Source: Hylemonella sp.
GTDB lineage: Bacteria; Pseudomonadota; Gammaproteobacteria; Burkholderiales; Burkholderiaceae_C
Assembly: GCA_036846225.1 (NCBI GenBank)
Contig: DAIUCJ010000005.1
Span: 24,745 to 88,744 of the forward strand
Length of the DNA stretch: 64,000 nt
Reading direction: 5' to 3'
Shown: one piece after another, positions 9,138-16,906 of the stretch
Numbering within the stretch: position 1 is the first letter of the stretch
Layout: the number at the start of each line of letters is the position of its first letter
The notes under the pieces: generated by a model
The model's database searches: none
What the model saw: only the letters and a program-made list of their open reading frames with translations
What the model was told of the DNA's origin: nothing
Position numbers and translations under genes: made by a program

Positions 9138-12100
9138 AGCGAACAGTCGGCGCTACCTAGGCATCACGCGCTCGAAGGGCAAGATGTACGAACTGGGGCT
9201 ACCTGAGGAGTCCCACATCGCCGTCCCCCAGGATGTTGAGCCCGAGGCGCTGTTCCCCTTGTCCATCGGCACGTTGATGGATGCCGCCGTCGGCTTGAAC
9301 GATGCCGCGGAGGACCCACCGGGCATCTCAGACGAACTGCGCGCGGAGCTGGGGTTTGCAGCCAGCTTCTTCGACGCCTACTTGGGGTCGCGCTTCAATG
9401 ACGGCGTTTCGCACGAAGTCAGTCTGTTCGCATCTGCGAGCTACTTCCTCGGCCAACGGCCAGGGAGCAGCTTGGTTCTCGCTCGGCGCCTCACTCTGGA
9501 AGGTTTGAACACCATCGAGCAGGCCGTTATCTGGGCCCTTCGTTCTGAGTGGCATAAGACGCCGGACCTGTCAGCTCATCCGAGTGGAAGCTTGGTTCCA
9601 GGGCTAGTTCAGGAGCTCAAAGCACACTTCGTGGACGGGGCCAGCACCGACGCCGTCATGGCACGGCTATCCCAGCTGCGCACCTGGGCCTACGCAAACG
9701 GAACCGCCAGAGAAGTGGTTCTGGCAGAGGTTACGGCGGCGGTGGTGAAGATGCGGTTGGCCAGCTCGTCATGGAAGTTGCTCCCTGCCTTCAGCGGGTT
9801 GACAAGCGACGCCTGGGCTAACGCCATCCGCCGGCCCGGGTTTCCGAAGGAGCTTTGGCCGTCACAACGGCTCCTCGGTAAGGCGGGCATCTTCGCTGGC
9901 CGCTCGGGCGTCGTGCAGATGCCGACCAGCGCAGGCAAGACGCGCTCGGTGGAAGTCATCCTTCGAAGCGCCTTCCTCGCGGACCGGACTAGGGTCGCGG
10001 TCCTTGTAGCGCCGTTCCGGGCCTTGTGCCATGAGATTGCGACTTCATTCCGTCAGTCCTTCCGGAACGAGGACGTCAGGGTCAACGAGCTATCGGACGC
10101 CCTACAACTCGACTTCACCGACCAGCTTGCCGAACTGTTCGGCGCTGCGCCACCGAGCACACGCTATCTTCTCGTGTTGACGCCGGAGAAGCTGCTTTAC
10201 GTTCTGCGGCAAGCGCCCGAGTTTGCCACGCATCTAGGTCTTGTGGTCTACGACGAGGGTCACCAGTTCGACTCGGGCAAGCGTGGCATCACGTATGAGC
10301 TGCTGCTGGCGGAAATCAAGAGCCAAGTTGCCGCCACCGTACAGACGGTTCTCATCTCGGCTGTCATCAAGAACGCGACGGCTGTCGGCTCATGGCTCAT
10401 TGGCGCAGACCCGAACGTTGTCGATGGAACGGGGCTTCTGTCGACAGCACGTTCGGTTGCCTTTGCCACCTGGAGCGAGGCTCTGGGCCAACTTTGGTTC
10501 TTCGAGTCAGGCGACTATCAGAAGCGAGACTACTTCGTCCCTCGCAGCATTGAAGCTCAAGCCCTTGAGCTCCGCGGCAAAGAGTCCAAACCTCGTGCCT
10601 TCCCCGAACGAGGGGAAGGTGCCTGGAAAGATGTGTCTCTTTACCTTGGTATCCGTTTGGCTCCCAACGGCGCTGTCGCCATCTTCTGCGGACGGAAGGA
10701 CACCGCATCTGGCCTTGCGGCGCGCGCTGTCGACGTGTACGCGCGAGGGTTCTCTCTGACGCCGCCATCCCAAGCCTCGAATCCGGATGAGGTACAGCGG
10801 CTCGTTCACTTGGCTTCCCAGCACTTCGGAGCCGATTCGGTGCTGGCTAAGGCTGCCGCACTGGGCGTGTTTGTCCACCACGGGACGACGCCGCAGGGGA
10901 TACGTCTTTCGATCGAGCATGCGATGCAGCAGGAGCTCATCAAGCTCGTTATCTGCACATCAACCCTAGCTCAAGGCGTCAACCTGCCGATTCGCTACTT
11001 GGTGGTGTCTGGAGTGAACCAAGGCGCCGACCGAATCAAGACGCGTGACTTCCAAAACCTCATCGGCAGAGCGGGGCGCGCAGGCATGCACACGGAGGGT
11101 CTAGTCATTTTCGCGGACCCCCGAGTCATGGACAAGAGACGGCAGGAGCGATGGCGACTTGATGCTGCCATTGAACTGCTGACGCCGGAGAAGGCCGAGG
11201 ACACATCCAGTTCGCTCTTGATGCTCGTATCCCCGCTCCGCACTGCTGATGAGCGAGGGGAGCTGCCGGTCGCCCAGGCCGTTGTGACGCTGGCCTACTT
11301 CCTGCGGGGCGACGCGCTGCGTGAGTGGGCGAAGGGTGTCCTGCAGGCGACCCCGATGCCAGGGGAGAGTGAACGGACGCTGGTGCGCCAGATTTCCAAG
11401 CGGCAGGCCTTACTGGTCGCGCTGGAGAGCTATCTGATGGCAAATCGTGGCACCGATACCTCAGACGAGTTTCTGACGAGAGCACGGAGCCTCGCGGAGT
11501 CCACGCTCGCCTTCGCTTTGGCCAATGAGGCACAGAAGCAGGATTTGCTTCAGCTTTTCGAACTGACCGCGAGGCATGTTGAAGCGATAGCCCCCGCTCA
11601 ATCGCAACAGGCGAAGTTTTCAAAGACGTTGCTAGGGGCAGTGGATGCAGCCGCTGTTGAGCAATGGGTGCTGCAAAACGAGGTAACAGTTGCTGGACTT
11701 ACTGAACCTCGTGATTGGCTCGTCGCCCTTTGGCCGCTGCTGGTTGCCGTTGCCGACAGCAAGCTTTTGCCGGCTATGGAGCCAGACGGTCTCGCTCTCG
11801 AGCTCGCCAAGCGCTGGATGGACGGGGCGACCTACGGTGAACTCATCGCATATGTGAGTGCCAGTGGCGGCACTAAGGCCAAGGGCGAGGATGGCAGACA
11901 GCGCCTCTCAGATGCAGACGTGTTGGGATTCCTGGAGGGCGACCTGGGATTTGACTGCCCATTGGTCATCTCGGCCGTCGGTGAGTTCGTGGCGGAGCTC
12001 CCCACGGTCGACGGTGCGTGCCGTGACAGGTTGAACGCTTTCCAGAAGTGCCTCAAGTACGGTCTACCCGATGCGCTGAGCATCTCAATCTACGAGGTCG

Positions 12101-12264
12101 GTTTCGCCGACCGCTGCATCGCGCAAGAGCTGACTGCTGAGCTGCGGGCGGCAGGCTATGAAGGGGCCCACGTCGACGGGGCCTTGGCAAATCACCGAGA
12201 CGTCTTCGTCGCCGTCTTGACCCGATATCCAAGCTACTTCGAAACAGTCCTAGACGGGCTCTGA
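9127..12264 (+). CDS. hamB: HamB-like DExH-box (Ski2-like SF2) helicase
   Basis: Motifs VVQMPTSAGKT (I), LVVYDEGHQF (II, DEGH), LISAV (III), ICTSTLAQGVNLP (V) and LIGRAGRAGM (VI). ATG at 9127 overlaps the hamA stop by 11 nt; an alternative TTG lies at 9097. Confidence 0.6.
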   Translation: MRPEANSRRYLGITRSKGKMYELGLPEESHIAVPQDVEPEALFPLSIGTLMDAAVGLNDAAEDPPGISDELRAELGFAASFFDAYLGSRFNDGVSHEVSLFASASYFLGQRPGSSLVLARRLTLEGLNTIEQAVIWALRSEWHKTPDLSAHPSGSLVPGLVQELKAHFVDGASTDAVMARLSQLRTWAYANGTAREVVLAEVTAAVVKMRLASSSWKLLPAFSGLTSDAWANAIRRPGFPKELWPSQRLLGKAGIFAGRSGVVQMPTSAGKTRSVEVILRSAFLADRTRVAVLVAPFRALCHEIATSFRQSFRNEDVRVNELSDALQLDFTDQLAELFGAAPPSTRYLLVLTPEKLLYVLRQAPEFATHLGLVVYDEGHQFDSGKRGITYELLLAEIKSQVAATVQTVLISAVIKNATAVGSWLIGADPNVVDGTGLLSTARSVAFATWSEALGQLWFFESGDYQKRDYFVPRSIEAQALELRGKESKPRAFPERGEGAWKDVSLYLGIRLAPNGAVAIFCGRKDTASGLAARAVDVYARGFSLTPPSQASNPDEVQRLVHLASQHFGADSVLAKAAALGVFVHHGTTPQGIRLSIEHAMQQELIKLVICTSTLAQGVNLPIRYLVVSGVNQGADRIKTRDFQNLIGRAGRAGMHTEGLVIFADPRVMDKRRQERWRLDAAIELLTPEKAEDTSSSLLMLVSPLRTADERGELPVAQAVVTLAYFLRGDALREWAKGVLQATPMPGESERTLVRQISKRQALLVALESYLMANRGTDTSDEFLTRARSLAESTLAFALANEAQKQDLLQLFELTARHVEAIAPAQSQQAKFSKTLLGAVDAAAVEQWVLQNEVTVAGLTEPRDWLVALWPLLVAVADSKLLPAMEPDGLALELAKRWMDGATYGELIAYVSASGGTKAKGEDGRQRLSDADVLGFLEGDLGFDCPLVISAVGEFVAELPTVDGACRDRLNAFQKCLKYGLPDALSISIYEVGFADRCIAQELTAELRAAGYEGAHVDGALANHRDVFVAVLTRYPSYFETVLDGL

Positions 12265-12284
12265 CAAGTACACGGTTGATTGAT

Positions 12285-14045
12285 ATGAGCGAAACCCTTT
12301 TCAAAGAAGTCCGCTACACCCTGGGCGGACTCATCAACGGCATCAGCATGGGCCAGATTGGCCTGCCCGACATTCAGCGCCCCTTCGTATGGAGCAACGC
12401 CAAGGTCCGCGACCTGTTCGACTCGATGTACCGCGGCTACCCGGTGGGCTTCTTCCTGTTCTGGGAGACCGGGGCCGACGGCGTGGAGACCAAGGTCATC
12501 GGCGATACCAACAAGCAGAAAACGCCTTCTTTGCTCATCGTTGATGGGCAGCAGCGGCTGACCTCGCTCTACGCGGTCATCCGGCGCGAGGCCGTGCTGC
12601 GCGAGAACTTCGAGCGGGAGCGCATCCGCATCGCGTTCCGGCCACAGAACGGTACCTTCGCGGTACCCGATGCCACGACCGAGCGCGACCCGGAGTACAT
12701 CCTCGACATTTCCGAGGTCTTCAATCGCCCCACGCACAAGACGATTGCCGAGTACCTGAAGCGGCTGTCTTCGGCGAGGGAAGTGTCGGATGCGGAAGAA
12801 GAGAAGGTTGCCGAGGCCATCGGCCGCCTGGCAGGGCTGACGAACTTCCCCTTCATCGCGCTGGAGCTGTCGCAGCAGTGCACCGAGGAGCAGGTGGCCG
12901 ACGTCTTCGTGCGCATCAACAGCGAAGGCAAGAAACTCAACCAGTCGGACTTCATCCTGACCCTCATGTCGGTGTTCTGGGACGAGGGCCGCACCGAGCT
13001 GGAGGCCTTCTGCCGCGCTGCCCGGCAGCCCGGGCCCGCGGGGCAGGCCAGCCCGTTCAACGCCATCTTCCAGCCCGACCCGGACCACCTGCTGCGTGTC
13101 GACGTCGGCGTCGCTTTCCGCCGCGCGCGGCTGGAGCACGTGTACTCGCTGCTGCGAGGCAAGGATCTTTCCACCAGCGAGTCCAGCCCCGAGAAGCGGG
13201 CCAGCCAGTTCGGCAAGCTGCGCGATGCCCAGTCACGGGTGCTCAATCTGACGTACTGGGCTGACTTCCTGAACGTGGTGCGCGCCGCGGGCTACCGCAG
13301 CGCCAAGCACATCAGTTCGGTCAACGCGCTGGTCTTCGCCTACCAGCTGTACCTGCTGGGGCGCACCGAGTACGGCGTGGAGGGTTTCAAGCTCAAGAAC
13401 GCCATCGCGCGCTGGCTGTTCATGTCGTTGCTGACGGGGCGCTACACCACTTCGCCGGAATCACGGATGGAGCAGGACCTCGCCGAGCTGCGGGACATGA
13501 CCTCGGCCGAGCAGTTCCTGGCGCGGTTGGCGACGGTGGAGTCGGCCACGCTGACGGACGACTACTGGACCAAAACCTTGCCGCTGGAGCTGGCCACGTC
13601 CGCAGGACGCAGCCCAGCGCTGTTCGGCTTCTATGCGGCGCAGACGCTGCTGGATGCCCGCGCGCTGTTCTCGTCCATGAAGGTGGTGGACCTGCTGGAC
13701 CCGCCGGCCCAGGGGCAGAAGAAGCCGCTCGAGCGGCATCACCTGTTCCCGCGGCAGTACCTGAAGGGCAAGGGCGTGGAGAGCGTCCGGGATATCAACC
13801 AGATTGCCAACTACGCGCTGGTCGAGTGGGACGACAACATCGCCATTTCGGACGCTGCGCCCAGCCAGTATTGGCCCAAGTACGCGGAGCGCTTCGACCC
13901 CGAGACCTTGGCGGCCATGATGCGCTGGCACGCCTTGCCGCAGGACTGGTGGACGCTGAGCTACGAGGACTTTCTGGTGGCGCGGCGGCCGCTGATTGCC
14001 GATGTGATTCGCCAGGGCTATGTGAAGCTATCCGGAGGTGGGTGA
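12285..14045 (+). CDS. DUF262/DUF1524 protein, GmrSD/BrxU-like type IV (modification-dependent) restriction enzyme family
   Basis: The N-terminus has DUF262 signatures DIQRPFVW and IVDGQQRLTSLY. The C-terminus has a His-Me/DUF1524-like block ERHHLFPRQYL ... NQIANYALVEWDDNIAISD. ATG at 12285 (TTG alternative at 12276) lies about 20 nt after the hamB stop. Confidence 0.75.
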   Translation: MSETLFKEVRYTLGGLINGISMGQIGLPDIQRPFVWSNAKVRDLFDSMYRGYPVGFFLFWETGADGVETKVIGDTNKQKTPSLLIVDGQQRLTSLYAVIRREAVLRENFERERIRIAFRPQNGTFAVPDATTERDPEYILDISEVFNRPTHKTIAEYLKRLSSAREVSDAEEEKVAEAIGRLAGLTNFPFIALELSQQCTEEQVADVFVRINSEGKKLNQSDFILTLMSVFWDEGRTELEAFCRAARQPGPAGQASPFNAIFQPDPDHLLRVDVGVAFRRARLEHVYSLLRGKDLSTSESSPEKRASQFGKLRDAQSRVLNLTYWADFLNVVRAAGYRSAKHISSVNALVFAYQLYLLGRTEYGVEGFKLKNAIARWLFMSLLTGRYTTSPESRMEQDLAELRDMTSAEQFLARLATVESATLTDDYWTKTLPLELATSAGRSPALFGFYAAQTLLDARALFSSMKVVDLLDPPAQGQKKPLERHHLFPRQYLKGKGVESVRDINQIANYALVEWDDNIAISDAAPSQYWPKYAERFDPETLAAMMRWHALPQDWWTLSYEDFLVARRPLIADVIRQGYVKLSGGG

Positions 14046-14761
14046 TGACCCCGCTGGACCGCTTGCGCTTGGAGAAGGCCGCCGCCGACTGCGGCTTCGA
14101 GATGACGGCGGTCCCGCACCCCGACGGGCTGGAGCTTCGTTCTGCACGGTTCCCGGAGACGGTGCTGGTGCGTGTGGCGGGGGAGAAGAGCTTTGAGGTC
14201 AGCGCTTCGGACCCGGTCATCCTGAACCAGTCGGCTGGCAGCGGCCCCTTGAAAGTTGAGGGGTACGGCGAGCTCTACGCCTTGCTGCGCAAGACGGCGG
14301 CCCATGCCCGTACCAAGCCCAACCGGGTGGCGGACGAGTTCAAGAAGAAGACGGCGGCGATGCCAAAGACGACCGAGGCCGAGCGGCTGGTCGTCCAGCG
14401 GGTAGGGCAAGGGCTGTTCCGCGCTGCGCTGTTGGACTACTGGCAGGGGAAGTGCTGCGTCACCGGTCTGGACGTGCCGGAGCTGCTGCGAGCCTCGCAC
14501 ATCCGTCCCTGGGCCCAGTGCGAGACCGACGAGCAGCGGCTGGACGTGTTCAACGGACTGCTTCTGGCGCCGCACCTGGACGCGCTGTTCGACGCCGGGT
14601 TAATGACTATCGATGCCGCGGGAGTGGTGCAGCTGTCGGCCAAGCTGACCGCCGAGCGGCGCACTGCACTCGGTCTCCACGGCGAACTCAAAGTCGCCGC
14701 CTTGCGCGCCGAGCACCACGCCTACCTCGACTTCCACCGGCTGAACGTCTGGGACGGCTGA
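14045..14761 (+). CDS. HNH endonuclease (HNH_2 type) with a ~120-aa uncharacterised N-terminal domain
   Basis: The C-terminal half, QRVGQGLFRAALLDYWQGKCCVTG..LLRASHIRPW....NGLLLAPHLDALFDAGLMTID, matches the HNH_2 pattern. The start ATG overlaps the stop of the DUF262 gene (TGATG at 14043-14047). The longer ORF-track start at 13826 lies inside the upstream gene. Confidence 0.75.
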   Translation: MTPLDRLRLEKAAADCGFEMTAVPHPDGLELRSARFPETVLVRVAGEKSFEVSASDPVILNQSAGSGPLKVEGYGELYALLRKTAAHARTKPNRVADEFKKKTAAMPKTTEAERLVVQRVGQGLFRAALLDYWQGKCCVTGLDVPELLRASHIRPWAQCETDEQRLDVFNGLLLAPHLDALFDAGLMTIDAAGVVQLSAKLTAERRTALGLHGELKVAALRAEHHAYLDFHRLNVWDG

Positions 14762-14791
14762 GGACGCTGCAAGGCGCCAGTCTGATGGGGT

Positions 14792-14820
14792 TTGACAGCC
14801 AGCCAGATAATATGCATACT
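14792..14820 (+). promoter_or_regulatory. Candidate sigma70-type promoter (TTGACA-N17-CATACT) in the AT-rich island/core junction
   Basis: TTGACA at 14792-14797, a 17-nt spacer, then CATACT at 14815-14820. This is the only AT-rich stretch in the area (gataatatgcatacttattaaat), upstream of the monooxygenase gene. The -10 match is weak. Confidence 0.25.
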
Positions 14821-14883
14821 TATTAAATGCGAAGGGCCTCGCCGGCACACCGCACACCACCCACATCAGAGCAGGAGCAAGCC

Positions 14884-16809
14884 ATGCAGTTTTATCTGAA
14901 CGGCGTCCGCGGACGCGATCCCTATGTGGCCGAGCCTTCGGCTTATGCGCAGGCCCATCCCCATAGCGATGCGGTGCCGCCGGAGCTGGATGTGCTGATC
15001 GTCGGCAGCGGGCCCGCTGGCCTGACGCTGGCGGCGCAGCTGGCGGTTTTTCCGGACATCCGCACGGCCCTGATCGAGCAAAAGAGCGAGCCGCTGCATT
15101 TGGGGCAGGCCGACGGCATTGCCTGCCGCACGATGGAGATGTTCCAGGCCTTCGGCTTTGCCGACAAGGTGCAGAAGGAAGCCTGCTGGATCAATGAGGT
15201 CACGTTCTGGAAGCCGGACGAGCGCAACCCGGCGCACATCGTGCGTCACGGCCGGGTGCAGGACACGGAGGACGGGCTGTCGGAGTTTCCGCACGTGGTG
15301 CTGAACCAGGCCCGGGTGCATGACTTTTATCTGGAATTCATGCGCAATGCGCCGACGCGGCTGCAGCCGCACTATGCGCGCAAGCTGCTGGAGGTGCGGG
15401 TGGATCCGGCCGGGGGGGACTATCCGGTGACGGCGCGCATCGAGCGCACCGACGCGGCCCATGCGGGGCAGATCGAGACGGTGCGCGCCCGCTATGTGGT
15501 GGGCTGCGACGGCGCCCGCAGCGCGGTGCGCAAGTCCATCGGGCGCGAGCTGGTGGGGGATGCGGCCAACCAGGCCTGGGGGGTGATGGACGTGCTGGCG
15601 GTCACGGATTTTCCCGACATCCGCCACAAGGTGGCCGTGCAGTCGGCCAATGGGGGCAACCTGCTGGTGATTCCGCGCGAAGGCGGCTATCTGGTGCGGC
15701 TGTACGTGGAGCTGGACAAGCTGGGCGAAGACGAGCGGGTGGCCCAGCGCAGGATCACGCTGGAGCAGCTCATCGCTGCGGCCCAGCGCATCCTGCACCC
15801 TTACACGCTGGACGTGAAAGAGGTGGCCTGGTGGTCGGTGTATGAGATTGGCCACCGCATCTGCGACAAGTACGACGACGTGCCCGAGGCCGAGATGCCC
15901 GAGCGGCTGCCGCGCGTCTTCATCGCCGGCGATGCCTGCCACACCCACAGCCCCAAGGCGGGCCAGGGCATGAACTTTTCGATGCAGGATACTTTCAACC
16001 TGGGCTGGAAGCTGGCGGCCGTGCTGCGCGGGCGCTGCGTGCCGCAGCTGCTGCACACCTACTCAGCCGAGCGCCAGCACATGGGGCAGGCGCTGATCAC
16101 GTTCGACCGCGAATGGGCGCGCATGATCAGCGATAAGCCGGCCGACGGCGGCAGCGGCGGCGTCGATCCCAAGGAGTTCCAGAAGTACTTCCAGCAGCAT
16201 CTGCACTTCACCGCCGGCATGGGCACGGTCTATCGGCCCTCGATGATCTGCGGCGACGCCCGCTACCAGGAGTTGGCCCGGGGTTTCGAAGTGGGGCGGC
16301 GTTTCCACTCGGCGCCGGTGGTGCGGCTGACCGATGCCAAGCCCATGCAGCTGGGGCACGTGCACGAAGCCGATGGCCGCTGGCGGCTCTATGCCTTTGC
16401 CGGCGCGCAGGATCTGCAGCGCCCGGATGCCGGTCTGCTCGGGCTGTGCCGCTTTCTGCAGGAAGCGGCGGACTCACCGGTGCGCCGCTACACCCGCACC
16501 GACGAGGACATCGATGCGGTGTTCGATCTGCGCGCCATCTTCCAGCAGCCGCACAGCCAGGTCGCCATCGAGCAGCTGCCGCCCATACTGCTGCCGCAAA
16601 AGGGCCGCTACGGCCTGCGCGACTACGAAAAGCTCTACACAGCCGATCACAAGCACGGGCCGGACATTTTCGATCTGCGCGGCATCGACCGCGCCCGCGG
16701 GGCGCTGGTGGTGGTGCGGCCGGACCAGTATGTGGCCCATGTGCTGCCGCTTGAGGCGCACGCCGAGCTCGCGGCGTTCTTCGCCGGCTTCATGCGGCCG
16801 GCTTGCTGA
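14884..16809 (+). CDS. FAD-dependent aromatic-ring monooxygenase (phenol 2-monooxygenase-like, PheA/TfdB family)
   Basis: FAD dinucleotide fold VLIVGSGPAGLTLAAQLA, a second FAD motif VFIAGDACHTHSPKAGQGMN, and the long C-terminal domain typical of two-domain phenol hydroxylases. ATG at 14884 gives MQFYLNG; the ORF-track start at 14827 adds an unlikely leader. Confidence 0.75.
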   Translation: MQFYLNGVRGRDPYVAEPSAYAQAHPHSDAVPPELDVLIVGSGPAGLTLAAQLAVFPDIRTALIEQKSEPLHLGQADGIACRTMEMFQAFGFADKVQKEACWINEVTFWKPDERNPAHIVRHGRVQDTEDGLSEFPHVVLNQARVHDFYLEFMRNAPTRLQPHYARKLLEVRVDPAGGDYPVTARIERTDAAHAGQIETVRARYVVGCDGARSAVRKSIGRELVGDAANQAWGVMDVLAVTDFPDIRHKVAVQSANGGNLLVIPREGGYLVRLYVELDKLGEDERVAQRRITLEQLIAAAQRILHPYTLDVKEVAWWSVYEIGHRICDKYDDVPEAEMPERLPRVFIAGDACHTHSPKAGQGMNFSMQDTFNLGWKLAAVLRGRCVPQLLHTYSAERQHMGQALITFDREWARMISDKPADGGSGGVDPKEFQKYFQQHLHFTAGMGTVYRPSMICGDARYQELARGFEVGRRFHSAPVVRLTDAKPMQLGHVHEADGRWRLYAFAGAQDLQRPDAGLLGLCRFLQEAADSPVRRYTRTDEDIDAVFDLRAIFQQPHSQVAIEQLPPILLPQKGRYGLRDYEKLYTADHKHGPDIFDLRGIDRARGALVVVRPDQYVAHVLPLEAHAELAAFFAGFMRPAC

Positions 16810-16906
16810 CGCAGGAACGGCCGAGAAGGCGAGCCGGCCCAGTGGCCGTGTGGCTGGCCCTGCCGCGCGCACCGCGCGCCGCAGGGTTTGCTGCGATGCG
16901 GCGCGA

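Noticed and set aside
9127-12264. Possibility that the 1045-aa helicase is the DISARM DrmA rather than HamB
   Set aside because: It is preceded by, and overlaps, a small D..ExK protein rather than being followed by a DUF1998 gene. The DUF1998 gene lies at the other end of the module, and this pair has clearly lower GC than the DISARM-like genes. This remains an open alternative until profile searches are run.
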